NCBI GenBank assembly: GCA_947164155.1
Contig: CAMUVS010000002.1
Span: 16,971-80,970 of the forward strand
Source: an uncultured Bacillales bacterium
GTDB lineage: Bacteria > Bacillota_I > Bacilli_A > RFN20 > CAG-826
Length of the DNA stretch: 64,000 nt
Reading direction: 5' to 3'
The notes under the pieces are model-generated. The model made no database searches. It was not told the DNA's origin and saw only the letters and a list, made by a program, of their open reading frames with translations. Positions 18,714-28,527 of the stretch are shown here, piece by piece; position 1 is the stretch's first letter, and each line of letters opens with the position of its first letter. The position numbers were made by a program, and so were the translations under genes.

Positions 18714-21700
18714 TCAGTCTTTTTTCTTATTCTTCAAAGCAAAAAATCCAATAATAGAAATAATAGTTAATCCACTAACAAGAACAATAATAATGCAATT
18801 ATTTCCGTTAGTGATATTAAGTTTCACCACTTTAGCTGAAGATAATATAGAGGTAGCGTTTAAGGAATCACCGTTTTTACTAGCCCAGGTTGATAATCTA
18901 GTCCATTCCACTAGATAAGCACTATTAGAAGTAAATAATTTTCTTTGGTGTTCATTTAAATTGTTAAATGCGTCTTTAGCAGTCGCATAATAATGATGAG
19001 TAGAATCACTACAATAACCTAGGTTATCGGTGTAATCCATATGCATATAATTGTCGATAAATGATTCAAGACCAACACAATCTTCTGAATGTCCGATATC
19101 TTCGCTAGTTGTAGTGTTTACAAAGAACGTAATGCTTTGAATACAAATTCTATTGTTTTTAGAAGAATTAACAGTAATAGAGTTAGTAGCAGAAGTTAAA
19201 TGAACGTTAAAAGTATCATTAGTAGAGCTTGATGTGGTTGTAATTGTTCCTCCATTGGTAATAGTCATATTGCAATTTGCTTCACTATCACTCCAACCAT
19301 GAGCAACAATAGTGACATCTGTGATATTAAAAGAACCAAAGCTAAATGAAACACTGCCACTATTTTTTCCGGTAGCAAGTCTTAGGTATCCATTGTTAGC
19401 GTAAGTATTTGATTTACTATCTGTAGTCGCACCAGTAATTCCACCACTATTTGAATAACAATTCTGGATTGTAGAAGTAGAAGTTATCTCTGAAGTGCCA
19501 CTAAGCTTTGAAAAATCATAAGTGCAATATATTGAAGTTGTTGTGGTTTCAATTACTTCTCTATATGAAGTAACAGAAATTATATATTCTGTAGTTTCAG
19601 TTTTTCCGTTATAAGTATAACTAACGGCAATAGTCTTATTTCCTGTTTTAGACATATCTGGAGAAGAGACGCTAGTAGGAGTTACTACTTTTTGATATCC
19701 ATTAGCAAAAGTCGCAGTACAAGTTCCATCAAAACTAAACGAGGAATTCTTAACATATGACAAGGTCATTCCAGAAACCGATATAGAGGACAAAGTACCA
19801 ATAGCAACATTAATATTATAATTTCGAGTTTTAATTGTTCCCTTATAGGTATAACTTACAGTGACGGATTGGTTTCCTATCGAAGTCATATTATAACCAG
19901 TGAAGTGAGCAGAACTAGTGACATCAGTTGAACTACTATCACTAAAGTGAGCAGTCACTGTTCCTCCATAACTAAATGTATCTCCCTCAACAAAAGAAGT
20001 GGTATAACTACCAATAGTAATTGAGGTTAGAGTTTTTGCAGGAGAGACTGTTATAGCCTGACTACAAGATTTATTTCCATAATAGATAGTAACACTAGTG
20101 TTACTAGTAGATAACTCTGTTGAAGTATTTGGACTAAATTCAAAGCCGCTTGATGCATCAGCATAAGCAATATCTCTGGTTGAATTATCGCTATATGTGG
20201 CGGTTATTACTAATCCTGTTGGGTCAAAACTATCACCTACTTCATAAGATGTTTTTGTCGGAGCAGTTTTAACTGCAATGCTGCTTAAACTTTTTGGAGT
20301 ATAAGTAATTTTAAATTGTGCAATCATCGAAGCACTATTAACATTCTCTTGTACACAAAAATATGAGTATCCGGCAGTTGATGTACCAATAGATGTTGAA
20401 CTGGTTCCAATTGTCACATTGTTGCCAACAGTAGTTTTATTGCTGCCAAATGTTAATGTTGATCCACTGCTAGAGCATGCAGTAGAAGTAACATAAGCAT
20501 TCCATGATCTGTTCGTTCCGGATGCAGTTGTAGCCTCAATCTTTGTGATCGAACCAGGAATTGCAGTTGTATTAAATAATGCAGCAAGTTTATATCCACT
20601 TCCCTTATTAAATTGAAGGGATGTAGTTGTGCTACCATATATTTCACATTTTCCGCTGATAGAATCATTATCAGTTGTTGTTGCTGTCCATGTAGACCAA
20701 CTACCATAATTACCAGATGATGTTATTGACGATCTAGTAATTGTTAATGTTTGAGAAGCTGGAGCTGCCTCCACTGTTACTGTACAAGATCCAGACTTAG
20801 AAGAATCTAATTGAGAAGTTGCGGTAATTGTGGCTGTACCTGTAGCAACTGCAGTAACAACACCTAAAGCACTGACTGTAGCAACACTAGTGTTGCTGCT
20901 AGACCAAGTTACTGTTTGACTTGGATTATTATCGCCATTAACTGTGGCGCTCAAATTGCCTGTATTAGAAACAGTTAATGTTAGAGTTGATGGAGCAACT
21001 GTGACTGATGAAACTGTTGGTGTGCTACCACCACTAGAAGTTACTGTGACGTAAATAGAAGCGTAAATACTGCTATCTGCGTTGCTTTCAATGACAACAT
21101 AGTCACTTCCTTGACCAACCGCAGTAATTCTACCTGAAGAGTTAACACTAACAACGTTAGACTCACCGCTCAATGTATAGAAATTAACAGAATCATCAAA
21201 AGTACCAACTCCATTAACTGTCCAATCTAGATCTAAATAGCCACCAACTTCTAGTTCTAATTCTTCGTCTACTATTTCAGGATTATTAATTACAACTTCT
21301 GTTGGTGCGTCTTCAACATCTACACCTAAAAACTTAGCGACGTTAAGCGCCCCATGTCCGGCCCAATTGTTATATTCAGAATAAGTGTCATCAATTGGAT
21401 CACAACTTGCATATAAAGCTGATTCAATTTGTGCTGGTGTAGCACTTGGATTTTGTTGTTTATATAGTGCAATAGCCGCAGTCACTAAAGGAGCACTAAA
21501 AGAGGTACCTGAAGTATCAACATATGAAGAATTTGAACTTCTTCCCGCAACATGGACATAGCCAGGAGCGACTAAATCAATTGTGTCTCCATAATTAGAA
21601 AAGCCTGCTTTATCTGTACCAGTTTGGTTCAAAGAACCAACATTAATAACATGGCTGTTACTTCCTGGATAAGATGGCTCGTCTGTATTATAGTTACCTG

Positions 21701-22430
21701 CTGCTCCTACTAAAGTAATACCAGCGTTATAAGCAGCATTTAAATAGTCAGATAAGATTGTAGAACATCCAGAAGACGCACCCATAGTAGAGCCATTATA
21801 ACTAACGGCGTTTTCATAACTTTGGAAAGACATATTGATGACATCTAATCCTAAGCTTTTTGCGTCATTTAAAGCGAGTTGAATAGCGCCAAATTCATAA
21901 CCATTATTGGAATTAGTCACTTTATAAACATATAGTTCAACATTAGGGGCTAAACCAAGTCCACCAACACTATTAATTGCGGCAGCCACAGTAGCAGCCA
22001 CATTAGTGCCGTGTCCTAAAGAATCATCGATATAAGAATACCCATGTTGAGAAGCTTTATAATATTCCCATTTGCTTGATGTGGAATTCCAAGCGTAATA
22101 TTTAGAATCCCCTTTTACTTTGGTTGATCCACCAACCATAAAATCTTCGTGGTCATAATTAATTCCAGAATCAATGATTCCAACTTTAACAGAATCTCCA
22201 CGATAAAAATCTAATGTATTTCCTAAATTAAGATATTGGAAAGTTTTACTATTTTGAGTGCTATATTTTGGCTCATTAGTAGGATCGCTAGAATAACTAG
22301 CAGCGTAGGCTACCATTCCTGGAGCGGCAAATTCACTTTTTTCTTTAATATTATTAGCGTTTTTAGGCATAGCAAAAAGACATCCACTTAAAATAGAGGT
22401 AAATAAAAAGGTCACAATCCTATGTCTCAT
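18714..22430 (-). CDS. Surface S8 subtilisin-family serine protease with Big_2/Big_3 Ig-like repeats and a C-terminal TM anchor
   Basis: The signal/lipobox is SILSGC. The catalytic triad contexts are VGIIDSGI (Asp), HGTNVAATVAA (His) and GTSFSAPLVTAA (Ser). There are multiple Ig-like repeats of the YxVGDxF...ATYSD type. The C-terminus is IIIVLVSGLTIISIIGFFALKNKKKD. Confidence 0.85.
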   Translation of the reverse strand: MRHRIVTFLFTSILSGCLFAMPKNANNIKEKSEFAAPGMVAYAASYSSDPTNEPKYSTQNSKTFQYLNLGNTLDFYRGDSVKVGIIDSGINYDHEDFMVGGSTKVKGDSKYYAWNSTSSKWEYYKASQHGYSYIDDSLGHGTNVAATVAAAINSVGGLGLAPNVELYVYKVTNSNNGYEFGAIQLALNDAKSLGLDVINMSFQSYENAVSYNGSTMGASSGCSTILSDYLNAAYNAGITLVGAAGNYNTDEPSYPGSNSHVINVGSLNQTGTDKAGFSNYGDTIDLVAPGYVHVAGRSSNSSYVDTSGTSFSAPLVTAAIALYKQQNPSATPAQIESALYASCDPIDDTYSEYNNWAGHGALNVAKFLGVDVEDAPTEVVINNPEIVDEELELEVGGYLDLDWTVNGVGTFDDSVNFYTLSGESNVVSVNSSGRITAVGQGSDYVVIESNADSSIYASIYVTVTSSGGSTPTVSSVTVAPSTLTLTVSNTGNLSATVNGDNNPSQTVTWSSSNTSVATVSALGVVTAVATGTATITATSQLDSSKSGSCTVTVEAAPASQTLTITRSSITSSGNYGSWSTWTATTTDNDSISGKCEIYGSTTTSLQFNKGSGYKLAALFNTTAIPGSITKIEATTASGTNRSWNAYVTSTACSSSGSTLTFGSNKTTVGNNVTIGTSSTSIGTSTAGYSYFCVQENVNSASMIAQFKITYTPKSLSSIAVKTAPTKTSYEVGDSFDPTGLVITATYSDNSTRDIAYADASSGFEFSPNTSTELSTSNTSVTIYYGNKSCSQAITVSPAKTLTSITIGSYTTSFVEGDTFSYGGTVTAHFSDSSSTDVTSSAHFTGYNMTSIGNQSVTVSYTYKGTIKTRNYNINVAIGTLSSISVSGMTLSYVKNSSFSFDGTCTATFANGYQKVVTPTSVSSPDMSKTGNKTIAVSYTYNGKTETTEYIISVTSYREVIETTTTSIYCTYDFSKLSGTSEITSTSTIQNCYSNSGGITGATTDSKSNTYANNGYLRLATGKNSGSVSFSFGSFNITDVTIVAHGWSDSEANCNMTITNGGTITTTSSSTNDTFNVHLTSATNSITVNSSKNNRICIQSITFFVNTTTSEDIGHSEDCVGLESFIDNYMHMDYTDNLGYCSDSTHHYYATAKDAFNNLNEHQRKLFTSNSAYLVEWTRLSTWASKNGDSLNATSILSSAKVVKLNITNGNNCIIIVLVSGLTIISIIGFFALKNKKKD

Positions 22431-22479
22431 AAAACCTATATTTGTAGATATTATATATCTAATATTGATAATATCATAT

Positions 22480-23187
22480 TTATTTTTTGCTTTGTTTTTT
22501 TAATAATAAATCAATAATGCTTTGTTTAAGTGCAGTTTTTTGTTCAACATTATTATTCATTTTACTTATTTCGGTTTTATTAATATCTTCTTCTACAATC
22601 ACTTCATGGAACAAAGTTTCCCATTTATCGTGTTTTGAATATAAATATATTAGAAAATCACATTCTTCTTTAGAAGGTTCTTTTTTATATAAGTCAATAT
22701 AAGCTTTTTTGATATTCTCTATTTTAATAAAATTCCCTTTTTGCTTTTCTTCTAATAAAATTCCAACAATATCAGATTGATCTCTTTTGTATGATCTAAA
22801 TGATTTTAATTTCATCGCAATTAGATGAATTGAATCAATAATCCTAACCTCAATCAAATTAGAGTATGTTTTATAATACTCGCTATAAATGAAAATGTTT
22901 TTAGAATATGAATCTGTTTTTATAAAGTCGTCATTTAGCCATCCATAAGGAATATTATATTTATCAGCAACAATTCTAATCGCGTGTTTTAAACTATCAG
23001 ATTTATAAGGATATAGTAGACCATCCAAATCTAAAGACATCATTCTAAAAGAATATCTAATAAATATTGCTCCTCCGCCAACCAAAACAATCTGAACAGG
23101 GTGTTTACTTAGTTTTTTATATTCTTTTCCAAGTGCAGTTAGATAGAAATCTAAATTATCTCTATCTAAATAAAAATTAGGCAACAT
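22480..23187 (-). CDS. Minimal Pol-beta-fold nucleotidyltransferase-like protein (DUF6036/AbiEii-like by motif)
   Basis: VLVGGGAIFIRYSFRMMSLDLDGLL fits the hG[GS]-x9-13-DhD NTase motif. The downstream IDSIHLIAMKLKSFRSYKRDQSDIVGIL resembles the (K/R)xKDxxD helix of MNT/AbiEii-type NTases. The start overlaps the upstream HTH gene by 11 nt. Confidence 0.5.
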   Translation of the reverse strand: MLPNFYLDRDNLDFYLTALGKEYKKLSKHPVQIVLVGGGAIFIRYSFRMMSLDLDGLLYPYKSDSLKHAIRIVADKYNIPYGWLNDDFIKTDSYSKNIFIYSEYYKTYSNLIEVRIIDSIHLIAMKLKSFRSYKRDQSDIVGILLEEKQKGNFIKIENIKKAYIDLYKKEPSKEECDFLIYLYSKHDKWETLFHEVIVEEDINKTEISKMNNNVEQKTALKQSIIDLLLKKQSKK

Positions 23188-23737
23188 TTCTTAAATCTCT
23201 TTCAACAATATTAAATCTCGCAAATTCAGGGATTGAATCCTTTAATGCATTTTTTTCAATATTTAAATTGTTATTTAACACTTTGCTCAATCGCAAATCT
23301 TCTGACAAAAGGGTTTTAGTTAAAACATAATTTCTTAAGTCATTATAATCTTCTGCTATTGGTAAATTATTAATTCTTGATAAATAGTCAACAGTAGAAA
23401 GTAAATATAAAGCCTTAGCTTTTTGATAATTATTCCAATATTTCCTAATATCGTCATTTAAATAAGTTTCTATTAGAAATTGAAAATCACCTTTTTCTTT
23501 TAATAAATGCTTAATGTTACTTTTAAATGTTTCAAACTCATCAATATCATTTCTTTGTAATAATGATTCCATATCAATATTTAAAGCCTTCGCTAATCGA
23601 TAGACTGTTTCAGCACTGCATTTATTAATATCAGTTTTCCCATTAACCACCTCTAAAAGAGTGGTATATGGAATGCCGCTTATTTTACTACATTGATAGA
23701 CACTCATCCTTTTGTCATTTAATAAATCAATTAACAT
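23177..23737 (-). CDS. XRE-family helix-turn-helix protein with a ~120-aa helical C-terminal domain
   Basis: MSVYQCSKISGIPYTTLLEVVNGKTDINKCSAETVYRLAKALNIDMESLL is a classic HTH_XRE. I set the start at the ATG at 23737, 5 nt after AGGTGA. The track start is an upstream GTG. Confidence 0.75.
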   Translation of the reverse strand: MLIDLLNDKRMSVYQCSKISGIPYTTLLEVVNGKTDINKCSAETVYRLAKALNIDMESLLQRNDIDEFETFKSNIKHLLKEKGDFQFLIETYLNDDIRKYWNNYQKAKALYLLSTVDYLSRINNLPIAEDYNDLRNYVLTKTLLSEDLRLSKVLNNNLNIEKNALKDSIPEFARFNIVERDLRNVA

Positions 23738-23754
23738 ATATATCACCTAAATAT

Positions 23755-23783
23755 AGTATAACGGTGTAACGTTATATTGTAAA
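23755..23783 (-). promoter_or_regulatory. Candidate sigma-A promoter with embedded inverted repeat (operator) for the HTH-NTase pair
   Basis: The minus strand reads TTTACA-17 nt-TATACT. The inverted repeat TATAACG-n6-CGTTATA (23757..23776) fills the spacer and overlaps the -10 box. Confidence 0.4.
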
Positions 23784-23795
23784 TAATAAGCAATT

Positions 23796-23821
23796 AAAAA
23801 GGATGACCAAATGGTCACCCT
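23796..23821 (-). terminator. Intrinsic terminator ending the nuclease-lipoprotein-C11 operon
   Basis: The minus strand reads AGGGTGACC-ATTT-GGTCATCCT followed by TTTTAATT. This is a 9-bp stem with one G.U pair. Confidence 0.65.
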
Positions 23822-23836
23822 GTTATGTTTTGATAA

Positions 23837-26800
23837 TTAATCTCCGTAAGAGGTTACAATGCTTCGCCAATTAGAGAAGTTGGTTTGACTTGATGTATAA
23901 ACAGTTGAAGTACTACATGTATAGCCACTACCATCTTTCATTGGGAAGAAGCAACATAATCCATACGAATTACCAGCTTTGCTTCCCGCTCTAGAGTAAG
24001 CAACTAAATTAGCGAATGCTGTTAATACAGCGCTAGTTTGAGTTGATGCACCAGAGAATGCAGAAGTAGCTCTTATCTTATTTACCACATCTTTCGCGTC
24101 GATAATACCGAAGTAGCTATATCCTTCACAGTCACTATCAGAACCATAATATTGACATGACTTCATAAGTGTCTGGAAGTTACTCTTTCCATAAGAACTA
24201 ATCATTGAATTGATGGTACTCGCCATTGTCTCCCAAGCAGACTTATACGCAGCCATATAAGATAAATCAAGATATGAGAGTGTTTGATCACTGCTAGAAC
24301 CTTGTTCAGCAAGGAAGCTATCACAAATAGCCTTAAGGATATTTGGTGTGGTCTTCTTCGCATAAGCATCATCTAACCAGTTATCATAATCCCAACCAGC
24401 ACCGGCTTCAGATTCTTCAGAAGCAACCATGTAGTTGAAGTAAGTGCTATTGAATTCCGCAATATCTTGAACCTGCATTAAGCAAGCATCATAACCAATC
24501 CATTCAAATTTATCAGATGTTGGTCTTCCTAAATCGGTGAATGAACCAGAAATCGCATTCTTCACTTTGCTGTTAGTTAAGCAGTCACTGCTATAGTTTT
24601 CGTCATAGCAGACACCACGCATAGCGCCACCATGATTCCAAAGAATCAAGCTGACTCTATCAGCTGGATAAGTTTGAACTCCCCAAGTGACAAAGCTACG
24701 GAGTGTTGATGATAAACCCATGCTTGCTTTAGTTTCTTGACTATCACGTACTAATTTCTTATTTGCAACATGGTATCTTTCAAGATAACTCTTATTAATG
24801 CCATGTGTTGTTTGCCAACATTTTGCACCGCCGGTTTCAATAACAACATTAACGTCATCTGGTTGATTTGCGACTTTCAAAATCTCTGTAATATCACCAG
24901 ACGCATAACCAGCTGCACTACTTGCGCTAGTTTGTCCGTTACTTTCAAGGTCGCTACCACAGATATAGATTAATATTGTTTGATCGTCTTGAGCTTGTTC
25001 AACAACAGTTACTGTACAAGAAGCATAAATGCTTGAGTTAGAACTTAATGTTGCTCTAATAACTGCTGATTGATTTGCAGATGCTCCACTAGCAACAGAC
25101 ACTTTTCCATCGCTAGAAACAGTAATGTTACTGCTTCCACTATATCTAGACCAAGTGACATCTTTATTTTGATTTGCGTTACTTGGTGTATATGTAACTG
25201 ATAAGTTTTTACTTCCTCCAGGGCCTAATTCAACAGTAGAAGGAGTAATGCTAATAGCGGTTGGATCAATTGGTGTTGGAGTACCATATTGAATGGTAAT
25301 AGAGGAGATTGCAGTACCGCTAGAGGCACCTTTAATACGAATATATTCGTATTGTCCGGATGGAGTTAAGGTACCAGAACCAGTAATTGTACCAAGTGAT
25401 GTTCCGCCTGAGTTGCTGCTAAATGCAGTATTGCTACCATAGATTTCAATAGATTTTCCTGATGTCATTTCTGCACTAATTTCAGTAACGATACCATCAG
25501 AAGCTGTGGAGTATAAGTATCCATTTGTGTTCCACTGTAATCCATTGTTGGTGGATTTAGTACCCATGGAGTGAATGTGATAAGTTGCTCCACTAGTTAA
25601 AGTAACCGAGAAGTCACTAGCCCATGCTGAAGAAGCATAGCTTGATAAGTTCCCAGATGTAGCATCATGATCAATGATATCTTGAGCATAAGAGCTACTT
25701 GCGGATTTAACTGTCACTGTACATGTATCAGTTTTATTTCCATCTTGAGTGGTTACCGTAATAACTGCTGTACCTTCTGCAACGCCTCTAACTAAGCCAT
25801 TAGAGACAGTTGCAACACTCGTGTTGCTAGATGACCAGCTAACAGTCTTATTGTAAGCGTTAGATGGAGAAATTGTGGCGGTTAATTGTTCCGTAGCACC
25901 TGCCTTTAAAGCTAAGACATCTTTATTTAATTCAACACTGCTAACTTCGACGTTAGAAACAGTGATTGATTTTGTAGCGCTAGTTGTTCCATTATTTGCT
26001 GTTTCTGCTGTCGCAGTAATTGTTACTGTTCCAGCAGCAACACCGGTTACAATGCCATCACTACTAACAGTAGCAATACTAGTATTGCTTGAACTGAATG
26101 TAACGTGTTTTGTATTAATATCTGATGGTGTGTAATTAACAGTTAATTGCGCGGTTGCTCCAACATCAATTGCAGAATCTCCAGAAAGAGAAATAGAAGT
26201 TGGATAAGTTGGAGTCACAGATACGATATAGTATTTAGCATCCCAAACAATAAATCTCTTACCACTAGTAGTTGATAATGTAATAGTCACATCTGTTGAG
26301 ATGTTAGAAAGCGTAACTTCACAGTAGAATTTAGATAAATCAGATGTGCTTAATGTGAATGGACTATTGCTTGAAGCTCCACTATCAGAATTTAAAGATA
26401 TTGATGACGGACTGCAGGTTGCGCCTGTTAATGAAAGTGTGACACTTTCTCCATTCCAACCAACAGCATAGAAAGCTAACTTGGTTGCTCCAGCACCTAC
26501 AGTTATAGACATATCACCACCAGAATTTCGGTTACCGACTTTAATACCGTCAAGTGTATTAATCTTACAGCTTGTGCCATTCGTTCCTGCTGTCATAGTG
26601 GCTTCAAATTCGCTTTGAGCAGGTTTTGGCGTAACAGTAACATCAATATAGCCATAAACTGCTGAACCATCGTTTGCAGTAGCAGTGATTCTGGCTGTGC
26701 CTTCAGATACACCAGTTACTAAGCCGTTTGTATTAACAGTGGCAATAGATGTGTGATTGCTTGACCAAGTAACAGTTTGATCTGTAGCATTGCCTGGGGC

Positions 26801-28513
26801 AACAGCGACATTTAATTGAAGTGTTTTGCCTTCCTCAACGCTGGTTTCAGAGCCAGTAACAGTTACTGTAGTAACTAAGATTGCGTTTACAGTAATTTCT
26901 TGCTCACCGTAAACAGTATTATCTTCGTTAGAAACTACTCTCACTTTCCATTTTCCGGCTGTGCCAAACATTGCATTAATGTCATGTCCAACACCATTAG
27001 GATCAACAAGCACTAATGAGACTTTATAACCACTAAATGAAGAATATGCTACTTCATAAGCGTTAGATGTAATTTTGTTATATACGAGGTCGGCGGTAAT
27101 TCCGCTTGTGTAATCAGATAATTTTTCTGCAGTATTAAAGATAACTATTCTACAGTTAACTGTGATTTCTGTTAATTTAACAACAAATTTAACGCTAATT
27201 GGAATTTCGATTGGAATGAAGTTTTTATAAGAAACCACAACAGTGTAATTTCCGTCTCTGGTACCACCGAAAGCAACTGATGAATCAATTGCATTTCCGC
27301 TGCTATCTTTAACAACATAGGAATATCCAGTGTTGCCACCTTTAGAGATAGCTTCAGAAGAGCCGTCACTATAGTGAGCTTCAACTCTTAATCCGTTGGC
27401 TGTATCGTAAACATCAGTTGTATTATAAATATTTGCTTTACTATCAGTTGCGGTGAAGCCAACGCAATCTTTTGGTTTGTCGTAGCTTGGTCCAGAAGAT
27501 TCCGACACCTTCTCATAAATCGCAATTGCTTTTTGATTTGTGTAAGATGTAGCCTTGTAATATCTGAAACGTTGACCATTTGGTCTATTCTGATCATCAA
27601 CTGTTTCTGCGGCATTATACCTTAAAACACTTGTGTTCGAAACAATAGAGGCATCGCCATTTTCATCGATAGTAATGGTGTTTGATGTATTTTTGGAAGT
27701 TGATTCATTTAGTTTATTGCTTCCACTGGTTCCGTAAATATATTTTCCACTTGCAGATAGAACATAATTAGAGCCAATTTCAAATTCACTTTGAGCCAAT
27801 GTCGCAGTATAAGCAATTTGATTGTTTTCAATTGTAACACTGACAAAGCTTTGAGCAACATCCAATGTTGATAAGCTACCATCAAAGGCAACACCACTTT
27901 CTTCGCAAACAATTAAACAATGATCGCCTGTATATGATCCTTGGGTAGTAACTTTTTGATAAACAGTGACTTCTTCACCACCTGCATCATTTTCATGCGC
28001 GTCAGGATTTTCAAAACAACCAATTTCATAATAAATTGATGTAATTGTTGTTGTGCCTGTTGATGTGAATTTTAAGAAATATGGATAGCTAGGCGTCTCA
28101 TAACGATGTCCACTTTCAATATCAAAGCCATCGTTATAAACATTTCCGCCATAGGCGGCTTTAACATTAAGGGTACCATTAGAGAAAACACATGTGAATG
28201 CGGTGATTGATCTCATCCAATCTTTGTTAACGAGAGTACCGCCATTATTTAATGTGACGTGTCCGCTAGTGGAACCAGCGACATTTTCATATGTAAAAGT
28301 CACATTGTTGCCCATTGCGGTCTTTTGGACTATGTCACCAACAGATGTAACTTTATTAGTAGAGTTTAAAGTTAAAGAGTAATTGTTGCTGTTTCTAGCG
28401 TTATATAAGGCTTGAGTTAAGCCAGATTTGATTGTGGTTACGCCTAAAACAATCGCGACCAATGCGCCTAATATTCCTAAGCCACCACCGATAAATTTTG
28501 TGTTTCTTTTCAT
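23837..28513 (-). CDS. Giant (1558 aa) N-terminally anchored surface protein: beta-rich modules, Big_2/Big_3 repeats and a C-terminal clostripain-family (C11) peptidase
   Basis: The N-terminal TM is FIGGGLGILGALVAIVLGV. There are at least four Big_2 repeats (...VTWSSNHTSIATVNTNGLVTGV...). The C11 domain at 23840..24982 runs QTILIYICGS...LILWNHGGAMRG...EWIGYDACLMQ. It is a clear paralogue of the C11 domain at 16475..17746. Confidence 0.8.
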   Translation of the reverse strand: MKRNTKFIGGGLGILGALVAIVLGVTTIKSGLTQALYNARNSNNYSLTLNSTNKVTSVGDIVQKTAMGNNVTFTYENVAGSTSGHVTLNNGGTLVNKDWMRSITAFTCVFSNGTLNVKAAYGGNVYNDGFDIESGHRYETPSYPYFLKFTSTGTTTITSIYYEIGCFENPDAHENDAGGEEVTVYQKVTTQGSYTGDHCLIVCEESGVAFDGSLSTLDVAQSFVSVTIENNQIAYTATLAQSEFEIGSNYVLSASGKYIYGTSGSNKLNESTSKNTSNTITIDENGDASIVSNTSVLRYNAAETVDDQNRPNGQRFRYYKATSYTNQKAIAIYEKVSESSGPSYDKPKDCVGFTATDSKANIYNTTDVYDTANGLRVEAHYSDGSSEAISKGGNTGYSYVVKDSSGNAIDSSVAFGGTRDGNYTVVVSYKNFIPIEIPISVKFVVKLTEITVNCRIVIFNTAEKLSDYTSGITADLVYNKITSNAYEVAYSSFSGYKVSLVLVDPNGVGHDINAMFGTAGKWKVRVVSNEDNTVYGEQEITVNAILVTTVTVTGSETSVEEGKTLQLNVAVAPGNATDQTVTWSSNHTSIATVNTNGLVTGVSEGTARITATANDGSAVYGYIDVTVTPKPAQSEFEATMTAGTNGTSCKINTLDGIKVGNRNSGGDMSITVGAGATKLAFYAVGWNGESVTLSLTGATCSPSSISLNSDSGASSNSPFTLSTSDLSKFYCEVTLSNISTDVTITLSTTSGKRFIVWDAKYYIVSVTPTYPTSISLSGDSAIDVGATAQLTVNYTPSDINTKHVTFSSSNTSIATVSSDGIVTGVAAGTVTITATAETANNGTTSATKSITVSNVEVSSVELNKDVLALKAGATEQLTATISPSNAYNKTVSWSSSNTSVATVSNGLVRGVAEGTAVITVTTQDGNKTDTCTVTVKSASSSYAQDIIDHDATSGNLSSYASSAWASDFSVTLTSGATYHIHSMGTKSTNNGLQWNTNGYLYSTASDGIVTEISAEMTSGKSIEIYGSNTAFSSNSGGTSLGTITGSGTLTPSGQYEYIRIKGASSGTAISSITIQYGTPTPIDPTAISITPSTVELGPGGSKNLSVTYTPSNANQNKDVTWSRYSGSSNITVSSDGKVSVASGASANQSAVIRATLSSNSSIYASCTVTVVEQAQDDQTILIYICGSDLESNGQTSASSAAGYASGDITEILKVANQPDDVNVVIETGGAKCWQTTHGINKSYLERYHVANKKLVRDSQETKASMGLSSTLRSFVTWGVQTYPADRVSLILWNHGGAMRGVCYDENYSSDCLTNSKVKNAISGSFTDLGRPTSDKFEWIGYDACLMQVQDIAEFNSTYFNYMVASEESEAGAGWDYDNWLDDAYAKKTTPNILKAICDSFLAEQGSSSDQTLSYLDLSYMAAYKSAWETMASTINSMISSYGKSNFQTLMKSCQYYGSDSDCEGYSYFGIIDAKDVVNKIRATSAFSGASTQTSAVLTAFANLVAYSRAGSKAGNSYGLCCFFPMKDGSGYTCSTSTVYTSSQTNFSNWRSIVTSYGD

Positions 28514-28527
28514 GATGTAGTAATTAT

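Noticed and set aside
23177-23500. C-terminal domain of the HTH protein considered as a HEPN toxin domain, which would make the pair an MNT-HEPN module.
   Set aside because: I could not find an Rx4-6H motif in the helical C-terminal region. The assignment stays open and is left as an unassigned domain.
16472-28513. Repeated Big_2/Big_3 coding units considered as DNA repeats, CRISPR-like arrays or recombination (phase or antigenic variation) cassettes.
   Set aside because: The repeats are conserved only at the protein level. The corresponding DNA differs in codon choice throughout. They are not regularly spaced short repeats. I saw no recombinase, invertible-segment inverted repeats or long homopolymer/SSR tract at the 5' ends.
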